Part shown: positions 1 through 12,916 of the stretch, one piece after another
Numbering within the stretch: the first letter of the stretch is position 1
Layout: every line of letters starts with the position of its first letter
NCBI GenBank assembly: GCA_021613535.1
Contig: CP075497.1
Location: forward strand, 12,462,001 to 12,526,000
DNA: 64,000 bases
Direction of reading: 5' to 3'
From: Adineta vaga
Taxonomy: Eukaryota > Animalia > Rotifera
Program-made: the position numbers and the translations under genes
Notes under the pieces: generated by a model
Seen by the model: the letters and a program-made list of their open reading frames with translations, nothing else
Told to the model about the DNA's origin: nothing
Databases searched by the model: none

Positions 1-643
1 CTAAATAAAAAAAAAAACGAAGAAGTAATAAATTAGTTCAGATTAAAATCTCTGTCAATTCATTAGTGACTAAATCCAAGGTTGAACAATGATGTAATCT
101 ATTTTTTCATCTCAAAGGAAAAGATAATCAATTGGTGACCTGGCATCAGAAGAGAGTGAGAGAGAGGAAAAGAAGGTCGAGAGATGTTCTCAACATAATG
201 AGAATTGTTCCTCGAGTAACGAATGATTATATCGATGAAATATTACATGAAGTAAAGTGTTACTTTTCATTTGATATTCAACATGATAACGAATTCAATT
301 TCGAAGAAGAAGAAGAAAAAAATACTCTCATTAGATCTGTTTGAGGGTCATCTTTTGAAAACAGATAAATCCTTTTCTCAATATTGATCATTTATTTACA
401 AAAGAAAAGTTTCTCATTAAATCATCGATTGTTTAATGAAAAGAAAACATCTTTGAAAAAAAGAATATTTACGTACATAGTTGACAATTATGTTCCAATT
501 TCATGTTGTGATATGTTCAAAATCATTATACTCGTTTCTTTCTCATTCAAATTGCGTGTCTACTCGAATAGAAAGAGAGAGAGAGAGAGAAGTCAAAGTA
601 TATGTTGAACTGTTCGACCGATCGGTGTAACAAACAAAGTGTG

Positions 644-672
644 AAAAGAAAAGAAAAGAAAAGAAAGAGAAG
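644..672. repeat. (GAAAA)n microsatellite
   Basis: GAAAAGAAAAGAAAAGAAAAGAAAG. Confidence 0.85.
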
Positions 673-2407
673 GAGACTTTTTTTGACCGATGTTAAATGA
701 AGGAGAAGAAAGAAATTTTTCAAAAATTCTTAGTGACTCGTTTAAACAATTGGCATCACGTTATTTTCTATGAATGTTAAATTGTACAGTTATTTCTAAT
801 GATAATCTTATTTGAAATAGGTTGGGGGAGTTAAGCTGATCATAATGGCATTGAATGAAAGAATAAATAAATCAGATTTCCCGTTAGATTGATGAATAAT
901 TCAACGAATTTTATTTATGATACCTTTGTTCTCATGAGAATATTACATAATGGATTTATCTTTACTTCAAAAAATCACAATTGTTTGAATCAATAACTAT
1001 ATAAACATTGTCTTTTCATCATTGTTATCATGATTTTCACTCTGTCAACTTTCATTCTGATCGATTATCTTGACAAGATAATTGAACTTGATTTCTATTA
1101 TCAAACATTGATCAATCTATGAAGAGAAATCCATCCGAAAGATTTCTTTCATCAATAAAGATAACTTTTCTATTATCTTCATACAAACTTTAATTTGAAT
1201 AACAACAAAGAAATCTTTCATATTATAATCATAGTAAACTCAACTCCTTTCTTTTTTTGGCAATAATTTTGTATGTTAAGATTATCAAATTGATTCAGTC
1301 TATTATCCTTAGAAACGGATATAATTAATTATATCGTGCTTTTCTCCTGACTATTCTTTATAAGTGACTGCACAATTCCAACGCTGTGATATTACATTTG
1401 ACGGTATGTCTTCAGATTTTAGTTTTCAGACATTGTCACTTGGCAACCCTATTCTGACTTTTCAATGTATCTGTTTGATCTCGAAATTATGAGCGAAAAT
1501 AGATGGGTGATTGCATGAAGTCATTAAGATGTTCGTCCGTTACTTTTGTAAAATTATTTTTCTTACTTTTTTCATTTAAATTCGTTCGATATTCGAATAA
1601 TTGAAAATGAAGAACTCAGGGTTCGTTTTCAATGTTTAATTTTCGTTTCTTAAGAAAATTGAAAGACAGATGACATTTATTTTATTTATTCGACATTGTA
1701 TCAACAAAAGAAGCAAAACAGACGAATAAATAGAAAAAATAAAATCATTATAAAACGCATTACTATTGAGATTTATTGAAAATAATAAATCTATATCATG
1801 TTATTGATTAAAATATTATTATGTAAATCTAAAAGATTCACGAGAATTGTTTTATCGATCTATTGAGAAAGAAAACTTGTGATACAACATGAAATATTTA
1901 CGATTCAGAACTTTTACGAATAAAAAATATCTTACAAATAATATCATTTTCTTTTTATCAATTTTATATATCGATTTCATTCGGCTAGACACCATAACAT
2001 ATAACAAAACTCTGATAAAACAGTGAATAAAATAAATGTATTTTTTATGACCTTATTTATTGAATATGATTATAAGAAATAATCTAACTACAAAAAAAAC
2101 GAAAACGACAATTGAATCTTCTTATTACAAAATAGACATGTTGATAGTGCCAATAGCAGTGGTAACGCTGAAGAACTGACTGCTTTTCTTCTGACGAGAC
2201 AGCGCTGTAGCGAGAAATTTTCAATCTCTACACAAATATTTTCGTTGCAAAACCTTATAAAATTTATAGTGAATTCAATTTAAAAAATTTGTTTTTATTT
2301 TTCATTTTATTTTATTAGCTTACACTTCCTAATATACAATGTTCGAATTATATTCATTGTCTCTTTAGAATATCTCATTTTATCTTAAACGACTAATTTT
2401 TTAAGAT

Positions 2408-4974
2408 ATGAAACAAATCCTGTTACTTTGGATATATTGTGGAACAGTTTCATTCGTGAATAGTGTACATTTTCTTGGTGGTACAATCACATATCGTCCA
2501 GTTAATGAATCAGCTACAGGATCACCTGTTGCTATTCTTATTACTCAAACTTATTCATGGACTTATACCAACATGAAATGTACGAACGGCTTAATTTCAT
2601 CAAATGGATATATACCAGATTATGAGGTGTTGCTTCTGAAACATTGGATTGTATAAGTAGTTGTGGTTCAACTTCTGCTGGATATTCTGCTATCGGTATT
2701 CTTCCTCGTTGTACGGATTTTTCAACTGTTGGAGATATTTCTGTTGGACAACGCACAGATATTGTTTATCTATATGAAAATGATGATTTTTTAGTGGCTT
2801 TCCAAGACACTGCATGGCGTGACTTAAAAACAAATCCTTCTGCTGCTTGGTCTATCGCAGCACGTATCAAGATAGAAAAGAGAGCAGATAATGGTCTTTA
2901 TAATAATGCACCTGTTACAACAATGATGTCTCCAATTAACATTCCGAGAAACGTACCAACAGTTATTCATGTTCCTGTTGGTGATGCTGATGGTGATAAT
3001 TTACGATGTCGATGGTCAACAAAAAGTGGTAGCGTTGATGAATGCGGAGATGTGTGTCCTCCAGGTTCACTTCCATCAGGAACACTGATCTTTCCTAATT
3101 GTACAATCATCATTACTGGTACGATCACCGACGCTTGGTATGCTGTGACACTTATGGTGAGATAAACTAAATATCTATCTGTTACAAATTAGTTTTATTG
3201 TCTATGTATAGGTAGAAGATTTCACTAGTGCATCAAGTACAACACCACTAAGTTCAGTGCCTGTTCAGTTTCTTGTTCATGTCGTTGCTCCACCAACATG
3301 TTCAACACCACCTGAAATCATTGGTATACCCGAAGAACAAGAATGTATAGCTGTTGGTCTTGGTCAAACATATCAATCACGAATCTATGCAGTGAATTAT
3401 TGTCCTTCGCCCGTTGTCATCGAAGATATTTCAACACTTTCATTTGCTGGTATGGTCAAAGGAAATCTCGTAAAAGTGAATTCATCACTCTATTATAAGA
3501 GTTTAACATGGTCACCTACCAGTGCACAGCTTGGTTATCAGGTGATGTGCACGATGGCTATTGACAGGTTGTGAATTATAAGACTTACCTGAAGAATAAT
3601 TACAGTTTGTGTCCGTTTTTGTAGCAAAGATTCACAATCAGCACAATATTGTTTCAAATTCTTCGTATCCGACAAGCCTATTTGTTCATGTCCAGGTGAA
3701 CCATGTCGTTCAACGACAACAACGTGAGTAATTCCGACGTAGTTTCTCAGTATATGATTGTATTTTGTTTAGAACAACGACAACATCAGCAACTTCCACT
3801 ACGGCAACCACTCAGTATGTTCATATATTTCTCCTTTAGTTTTTCTTAATTTCGTATATGTATTCGTTTCTTTTCTTCAGAACAACAACAACCAGGTTAA
3901 TAAAACTCTCCAAAAGATAATTTCTATACCTTCAAACATAATTTCCTTTTAGTACTTCAACATCATCAACGAGTGCAACAACTACGTACGTCTCTCCTGT
4001 TTTTTTTTATTTCTTTATATAAATGGACAATAATCTTATTCGTAGATCAACAACAAGTAGCACATCAGCCACGTATGTCTCTCCACACGTATTTCGTTCT
4101 GATAAATGTCCTATGTTCCGTTTAGTTCAACAACATCGATAACTTCATCGACAAGCACCTCGTATTTACTGTTTTCTATAAATTTGCTATAATATTAATC
4201 GGTTGTTATAATATTTCAGATCCACGTCAAGTTCAACATCAACTACGTAGGTTCAATGATAAATTGTTTGATCTCTAACGCATAAATAATGTTCTATTTA
4301 GTTCAACAACATCGACAACTTCATCAACAAGCACCTCGTATTTACTGTTTTCTATAAATTTGCTATAATATTAATCGGTTGTTATAATATTTTAGATTCA
4401 CGTCAAGTTCAACATCAACTACGTATGTTCAATGATAAACTGTTGAATCTCTAACGAATAAATAATATTCTGTTTAGTACGACAACGTCGACAACTTCAG
4501 CAACAAGTACAACGTAAGATTGCTTATAAATATTCTTCAATTAGAGATACAAATTTCTGTATTTTCATAGATCAACATCAACAACAAGCACAACAGGAAC
4601 AACAACACAACAACGTTTGTCTATTACATATAATTGACTGATATCTTTGTCAAGCATTTGTTTTTTTAATTTTAGTTAATAAAAACGATTGGCCTTGGCT
4701 TGAAACTATTCTTTCGATTTTGACTTTTATTGCTGTAGTTATATATTGTTTTTGTTGTTGTCGCTATTGTCAGTATGTTTCTTTCTGAAATTAAGAAAGA
4801 GAACGATAAAATGAATTATTATTTGTTCATTTTAGTGCACTTGGAAATCGTTTGTATGGATTTGAAAAACAAGGTAATCATGAAAAGTACCTCATTGATC
4901 GATGTGTTGATCCAAATTGTGATTATTCACACATACCAATTAGCGTTGATCAGTCATCGCTAAGTTGTTGGTAA
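2408..4974 (+). pseudogene. Type-I membrane protein, copy 1 (Sib/integrin-beta-like ectodomain, Thr/Ser micro-exon stalk, TM, short tail); 1-nt frameshift near 2625 (pseudogene or assembly error)
   Basis: Signal peptide, then HFLGGTITYRP, DADGDNLRCRW and PLSSVPVQF. About 15 GT-AG exons. TM WPWLETILSILTFIAVVIYCFCCCRYC (exon 4676-4772). Stop TAA at 4972-4974. TATGAGGT here versus TATGCAGGT in the paralog (one C missing). Confidence 0.8.
4126..4513 (+). repeat. Tandem 176-bp unit (36-nt exon + intron + 27-nt exon + intron), about 2.2 copies
   Basis: Units start at 4126, 4302 and 4478. The introns (GTATTTACTGTTTTCTATAAATTTGCTATAATATTAATCGG) are near-identical between units 1 and 2. Confidence 0.9.
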
Positions 4975-7390
4975 CATCAATTATATGATTTGAAGGTTAT
5001 ATCTCGTTTTTCTATTGTATCAGCTAAATTGTGTGATTTTATCGAAATAAACCTGCTATGGAAAAGATTTCCTAACTCTCATCATTAATATTTTAAGATA
5101 TAATTTTAGGTATGTTAAAGACACTTCTTTTTTTGAAGACATTCAATTAGAACAACGAGAAGTAAACCATAACGATTTCTAATACTTTAACACTTCTTCG
5201 AAAAATATGTTTCTTTTATTAAAAGTAAAATGAAAATTTAGTTAATCGAATAGTAATATTGAATTCATTCGAAAAGTGAAACCTAACTAACAAATTTGTG
5301 GTACAGAAAATAGCCGTATTAAATCGTTCAAATCGTATACGGAATGTTTCCAAAATCAATTATTGTTTGTGAAATTATTAAACAGTAGAACAATGACGAA
5401 ATTTATTCGAAATGAGAATATCCTATCCTATGTCGAATCGGAAAAGTTTTGCTTTTTTCCTACTATCTTTCAAACAATTTCGATCTTTTTCAGTGAAAAC
5501 AACTTGGAAATCATCATCTAAAGATCGAGATGGCGGCTTGTCCAAGGTAACGTACTCACGTTTTTGGTAATTTTCTATTCCAACTTTCACCTAACGACTG
5601 GATACTGCGCCTCAAAATTCAGCATACAAATGCATTTTATAAAACTCATTAGTAATCAGAAGTTTTACCTCAGTTGATTTCACTATATAGATTTTATAGA
5701 AAAAATATGTATGTGCGAAACGCACTCACAAAAAGGCGCTAATTTCTTTATGTGATATTAGAAACGGCAGGAATGGTTATGTTATAAAGACATTAATCTG
5801 GTGCAATTTTGCAGCAAAGAGTCCAAAGTATCGAATAGAAGAAGGAGTTTCCGAAAATGTTGGCCTGCTCTTGATATGTCAAGGAAATTCTACGGTAACA
5901 CACTTACTCAGTCTAATGACACGCTGAGAAAACTCTGTTTTGTACAAGCATGACAAGGGTAGATGGTTATCTAATCATGCCGAACTATAGATTAACCTTC
6001 GATATGTCTATGAATATTTGTATTTTTGCCAGACATACAGCAGTGCATTTTTGTTTTGCACTTATCTTACCTGATCTCGTTTGTTTCACCTTCAAAAAAT
6101 ACAATCTTCAACTTTAAAAACATTGAGTTATCGTCCACCGGACAAACTGAAACGATAGTCATCGAAATAGTTTTGAGAGTGATATGATTAATGAATATAA
6201 AAGATCATTTATTAAGACATTTTCATCTTGTTCAAGAAATCTATTTTGTATTTTAAATATTCATCAAATGTAAGTATCTTATCTAGAAGATAAATGATAA
6301 AAGAAAAAATATTCATAATTAATTAATTTCAACTTTTCAATGATCATCTAAAGTGAAAACAAAAGGATTCAAATATAAAATTAGTTATAATAATTCTAAA
6401 ATGAAAAAAGAGAATTACATTCGTTAGATCTCTAATTGAATATGTTCATAATCAACAAGAAATCTTTCTAATAAAGATTATCTTTTCAAAAAGAACAATT
6501 TTTCATTTGTCTTGAATCATCATTCATTCAAATAGAACAAGAATTGGGTTAATTATTTTTCTTGTCCTCTATTAAATTCATTCGATATTTGAATAATTCA
6601 AGGTGAAGAACTCAAAGTTCTTTTTTACTACGTTTTTTACATTGTTCACGAGGATTGGAAAGACCAATAAAAATTCAATTAACCAAAAGGATTTGTTCGA
6701 GATTGTATCAAGAAAAGAAGCACAACATTCGAAAATATTCGCAGAGTACATTACTATTGGTAACGTACTTTTCAAGAGGGTTCATTTGATTACGTCTATC
6801 AGATCAGTAAGTAAAACATAATTGAATCAACGTTCGATAAACTTTTAAAACAAGTAATTCTATGATTATGATTTCCTTTTATTTTCGAGAGAATTTATTC
6901 GATGGTTGATCTCAATGAAATTCTATCCAATGTTGAAACTACTCGTGTCCAAAAGATATGATTAAAACTCGAAATGTCCTTAGATCATTGATTCAATATT
7001 TTATTAGTATCTTACAAATTATATGGAATTCTAATTGATTTCATGTCAATTGTCTTTCAAGAGAAAACTATCAACAAAAACAAAATAATTCTATACAACA
7101 GTATGCACGATACTAGTGGCTTCTCTATGACTTTTTCAATTCAATTTCATCCAAGAGAAAGAATCTAATTATAAAAGTGTGCTGCCACAATGAATGAAAA
7201 ATAAGAATGTTAGAACTTCTCGAGAATCTTACAAATCACATATTCAATTACATAAAAGGCAAAACTATTTGTTTTGGTTGTTTATTTTATACAAATAAGA
7301 ACAATACATATCGAATATTTGATTTCGAATTTGTTTTTGTCAGTTTTATACTTTGTTCATCAGTGAATAGTTGATAATAGTTGATTCCCG

Positions 7391-10300
7391 ATGCGAAAGA
7401 TTTTGATCTTATACATTTATCTTGGCATCGTTTCATTTGTGAATACGGAACACTTCCTTGGTGGTACAATAACATATCGTCCAGTTAATGAATCAGCTAC
7501 AGGATCACCTGTTGCTATTCTTATTACTCAAACTTACTCATGGACTTATACCAACATGAAATGTACAAATGGTTTAATTTCAGGAAATGGATATATACCA
7601 GATTATGCAGGTGTTGCTTCTGAAACATTGGATTGCGTTAGCAGTTGTGGTTCGACTTCTGCTGGATATTCTTCTATCGGTGTTCGTCCTCGTTGTACGG
7701 ATTTTTCAACTGTTGGAGATATTTCTGTTGGACAACGCACAGATATTGTTTATCTATATGAAAATGATGATTTTTTAGTGGCTTTTCAAGACACTGCATG
7801 GCGTGACTTACAAACAAATCCTTCCGCTGCTTGGTCTATCGCAGCACGTATCAAGATAAAAAAGAGAGCAGATAATGGTCTTTATAATAATGCACCTGTC
7901 GCAACAATGATGTCTCCAATTAACATTCCGAGAAACGTACCAACAGTTATTCATGTTCCTGTTGGTGATGCTGATGGTGATAATTTACGATGTCGATGGT
8001 CAACAAAAAGTGGTAGCGTTGATGAATGCGGAGATGTGTGTCCTCCAGGTTCACTTCCATCAGGAACACTGATCTTTCCTAATTGTACAATCATCATTAC
8101 TGGTACGATCACCGACGCTTGGTATGCTGTGACACTTATGGTGAGATAAACTAAACATCTATCTGTTACAAAATAGTTTTGTTGTCTATGTATAGGTAGA
8201 AGATTTCACTAGTGCATCAAGTACAACACCACTAAGTTCAGTGCCTGTTCAATTTCTTGTTCATGTCGTTGCTCCACCAACATGTCCAACACCACCTGAA
8301 ATCATTGGTATACCCGAAGAACAAGAATGTATAGCTGTTGGTCTTGGGCAGACATATCAATCACAAGTCTATGCAGTGAATTATTGTCCTTCGCCCGTTG
8401 TCATCGAAGATATTTCAACACTTTCATTTGCTGGTATGGTCAAAGGAAATCTCGTAAAAGTGAATTCATCACTCTATTATAAGAGTTTAACATGGTCACC
8501 TACCAGTGCACAATTTGGTTATCAAGTGATGTGTACTATGGCTATTGACAGGTTGTGAATTATAAGACTTACCTGAAGAATAATTACAGTTTGTGTCCGT
8601 TTTTGTAGCAAAGATTCACAATCAGCACAATATTGTTTCAAATTCTTCGTATCCGACAAGCCTATTTGTTCATGTCCAGGTGAACCATGTCGTTCAACGA
8701 CAACAACGTGAGTAATTCCGACGTAGTTTCTCAATATATGATTGTATTTTTCTTAGAACAACATCAACATCTAGTACTACAACTACTACGACGACTACGT
8801 ACGTTTTCATATTATCTCTTTAATTTTTTTTCATTTTATAATTTTTTTTATTTTAAAGAGCGACAACTAGTACTAGCAGGTGAGAGATCATACTAAAAAT
8901 ATTCTTTCATAACTTTGAAGATAACCTCTCTGCAGTACTTCAACATCATCAACGAGTACCTCATCAACTAGTTCAACTAGTACATCATCTACCAGTACTA
9001 CATCGACGTATGTATCATCACTGTCGTTTTTCTGATTAATAAAAATGAATGTTTACACTATTTCAGGTCGACAACCAGTACGACATCAACGACGTAAGTT
9101 TTTCATCAAACTTATTTTCTTTTGAGAACTTCACTTTGTTCTTTTTTTCTAGTTCAACAACATCGACAACATCAACAACTAGCACTACGTAAAGAAACTT
9201 TTTATTTTCCTCTTTATAGTTACATAAATAAGTTATTGTAATATTTTAGATCAACAACAAGTACGACATCAACGACGTAAGTTCTCGATCAAATTTGTTC
9301 TCTCCCACATAATTTACATAATCGCTTTATCAGGTCAACAACGTCGACCACTTCAACAACAAGCACTACGTAAGTTCATGAGTAAATATTTTTTTATTAT
9401 TAAAAATCTTCATATTTCTATAGATCCACAACGACATCAACAACCAGCACAACATCTACAACTGCCACAACAACAACACGAAAACGTTTGTTTCTTTTTT
9501 AATCAGATCATTTATATTAATATCAAATTTAAATCTTTGATTTTAGCTGATCCAATCACTTGGCCTGTGATTGGAACTATCATTGGTGTTTTAAGTTTTG
9601 TTGCTTTAGCTTTAACTTGTTGTTTTTGTTGTCGTTATTGTTGGTATGTTCATTTTCGAATACCAATGATGACAAGCCAAATTGTTGTTTGTTTATTTTA
9701 GTTTACTTGGTAATCGTTTGTATGGATTTAAAAAAGACGGAGACAATGAATTCTATCATATTGATCATTGTGTGGATCCAGATTGCCATTGGATGGATGT
9801 ATTAATGTCAGTAGATGTATACACAGTTCCTCGAAAGAAATATTTTCAATTTCAAAGATTAAATGAAAGTCCAAACACATTATCAAGTTCAATGAGTGAT
9901 ACAAAAGATTGTTTTGTTGAAGATGCCGATGAAACAGAATTATTTGATTTAGGAAGAGATAGTTTTCTGTCCATGACTGAAGATCTTGATCGACCAACAC
10001 CAGCATCAATATCTGGTGTATCTGTTCGAAAAGTGAATCTTAATGAACGACCATCAAATTCAGGAAATAAGCATATAATTAAATCATCGAATAAGAATGA
10101 TGAATTACCAATTATTAAATTATTAAATGATGGAAATGTGAAAGTATCTCGATTAAAATCAACAAGAGGACCAAGAATATTAAGTACAGACTCGCATCAA
10201 CATAAGAATGACACAAGCAATCCTACAGATGAAGGACAATCGAAATCTCCAAGTACAGATTCTGTCAAATTTGTTCGGATCAATAATTTATTACCGAAAC

Positions 10301-10998
10301 GTAAAACTGATCCTTCTGTCGATCGAATGACGAGTGGTTCAATAAATAATGAGAAAACGAATGTACCAATTCATTTATCAGCAAATACGAAGACAGAAAA
10401 TATCACAGTAACACGTCTACCGACAGCTCAATCGTCAAAAAACCCACGTGATTCTTCATCATCTGGTATTCGTACAATTATCGCACCACGAGCTGTATCT
10501 CCAACAAATATCTCGATTTTTCCCGTATCGAGTACAATTGAAAATGACTCACGCAGTACAATTCGTGTTGATCGTATATCAACTGCTAAACAAAATCCAA
10601 GTTTACATAATGATAATGATCGTACGATCGCGAATAAATCAATTTCTCCGATATCAAATAAACCGAAAAATAAATCATCAACTTCAGTTCGTGTTATTCA
10701 CGCATCGTCGACAAAACCAAATGTAAATGCAGAAAAAGATACCGATCTTTTTACATCTAAAATTTCATTTTCTCCTGTATCGGATAAACCTAGAAGTGAA
10801 TCACAAAATTTAGTTCGTGTCTCTACTGAAAAACCAAGTGGAAATACAGAGAATGATATGGATGTAAAATCACCAACCGTTTCAATAACGTCGAAAAAGA
10901 GAAAACATAAAAGTCGTAGTAAAAATCGTGTTGAATCAAATGTTGTTGTTGAACGAGTTGCACGAGTTGATACTGCGAAATCTACAAAAGACACGTAA
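7391..10998 (+). CDS. Type-I membrane protein, copy 2 (Sib/integrin-beta-like ectodomain, mucin-like stalk, TM, Cys cluster, ~430-aa disordered cytoplasmic tail)
   Basis: Exons 7391-8140, 8196-8551, 8609-8707, micro-exons 8757-9485, TM exon from 9547 (WPVIGTIIGVLSFVALALTCCFCC), last exon 9702-10998. Splicing at canonical sites keeps the frame open. The family name comes from remembered motif resemblance only. Confidence 0.85.
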
Positions 10999-11185
10999 AA
11001 GAGTTTATTTCTTCTTATTCGTTTTCTTGTTATTGCATTTACAGTAAAACATTGTTTTATTTGGAAATTCTCGTAGAAACTGTGATTAACTTTTCTTTTT
11101 TTTAAATTTCTGTATCATATTTTTCATTAATAACTGTTTTTAGAGAATAAATTTTTTCCATTATTTGAATCAACTGTTGAAAACA

Positions 11186-11245
11186 GAGATGGGCACGGTT
11201 CGGTTCGGTTTTTAGCTAAATTAACCGTATTAAAAATACGGTATA
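11186..11245. mobile_element. Probable DNA-transposon/MITE terminus fragment
   Basis: CAGAGATGGGCACGGTTCGGTTCGG followed by ACCGTATT...AATACGGT, resembling hAT-type non-autonomous ends. No partner end was found. Confidence 0.3.
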
Positions 11246-11714
11246 GTCAGATGAATAAGAAATTGAGCACCATGCAGATTTTATAAATAATAATCCAAAT
11301 GTCGATTTAGCTTTTTTCTTTTTTCGTGTCAGTAGAATGTGAAATAAATAAATCACTGATATTCTTAATGTAGACCCATCACACAATAAAAGATTCTACA
11401 TTTGCTATTATGCTTTATCATGGAAAATTTAGAAGAGTTTTCTGTCATGTTTTATTAGTTTCAATTATTTTCAATCAAAAGACTTTTTAGAAAAAAGTTT
11501 GATTTAAAGGATTTCAATAGACTTAAAAGCCGAAAAGTGATGCGCTCTCAATGTCTATATAATGAACAAAATAAGTCTTTAGCAACGCAGATATTTTACT
11601 AAGAATTTATTAGTCAAAGCCCTAATTTTTTTTGATTTTGCTAAATACTTCAGACGATATTTCTGATACATCTTTCAAGCATTTTCATCAAAGCGACCTT
11701 GGCATATATGGAAC

Positions 11715-12916
11715 CTACTGATATAGAGGTCTTTTAATATGGACAAGGGCTGACTCCATCTTCTTCATAAAAACCATCTCTGCAGCCGATGCTGTATAAT
11801 TGAAAAGACTCGAAGCAGCATATAGACGTTGCGAAGCAGATCCAATTGTATTTTTTGCACCAGAAACAATAATATCAGATAGAGTAGAATTGATCATAAC
11901 TTCACCAGAAAATAAGGACGTACCAAGAAAATTATTAATTTCAGTATAAACATTAATTTCGCTTGATTCGCAAAGAAATTTAAGACCTTAAGCATAAGTA
12001 CTCGCAACTGTTCCTGCATCTATCGGCCATAGATGAGAAATATTCGTTGGGAAAGAAGCTGTTATCCATTCATTTGTAACGAATGGACTTGAGCATATCT
12101 AGTAAAAAAATACAATTTTGTCATTTGTTACACATACTCTTGAACTAAAACTCAGATTCAAATCTGTGAGCGAGTAAATTTCTGAATCGATATAGTAAAT
12201 AAAACTGTACCAATACGAGTGTTACTATTATCAAAATTTATTATCTCGACTGAGTTCAGATTTAGACCTAGATAGATCTAAACTAGGATTTTTCTTGTAC
12301 TTACTTAGCATTTCTTTTAAAACGTAAGAGAGATGGTGATCAATCTAACCCGTTACAGAAATAGAGATAACAGACAAAAGATTGTCAATCGCCTAAAAAA
12401 TCATCTTCTGTCTTACTAGACAGTAGTCTTTCTAACTGAACAAAAACAATAACCAAAGATAAATGTAGAAGAGGAAACTTCCTTCAAGTGAATATAAAAT
12501 CGTACAACTACTGACTCTTCACATTGACTATCGAACACTTCTTCATCGATTAAAGACATCAGATTCGAATCGAAGAACTCTGACGAAGAAATAGTTACCT
12601 GATGAAACGTGACATTCACTTGAACAAATGTAGAGTATTGAATGGATGTGGTCGAACAAGGACAGTGAAGAGTCAGTGGATATCTTTTTCTTAGAGACTG
12701 AAATGTTGCATAAGAAGGATCGTTGACTGTAACAGTTGTTGTTTGACGTTCCAAACCAGTGTATGCGGTTAAAACTAACAATATACCCAAGAAAAACGTA
12801 ATGTAGATCCAAGAAGAACAACGCTCGATTTGGATTGTTTTGTTATCCGAAGAACCCTGCTCAAATCTATTGAATTGGCAAATCCAATGTCGAAGCCGAT
12901 CAAAGAATAGAATCAT
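11715..12916 (-). pseudogene. Truncated member of a bdelloid-expanded membrane protein family (LxCPCS...FHQ-ICSSxFV...W motif)
   Basis: Exon 1 12916-12599 (TM, LHCPCS, FHQ|). Exon 2 from 12098 (ICSSPFVTNEW) has an in-frame TAA at 11990-11988 and ends early. Confidence 0.7.

Noticed and set aside
132-1300. Short ORFs at the window start
   Set aside because: Low-complexity AT/purine-rich sequence with no splice-consistent coding signal.
3773-4614. Regularly spaced short repeats separated by unique ~55-nt spacers (CRISPR-like look)
   Set aside because: The repeats are Thr/Ser-coding exons and the spacers are GT-AG introns; there are no cas genes and the context is eukaryotic.
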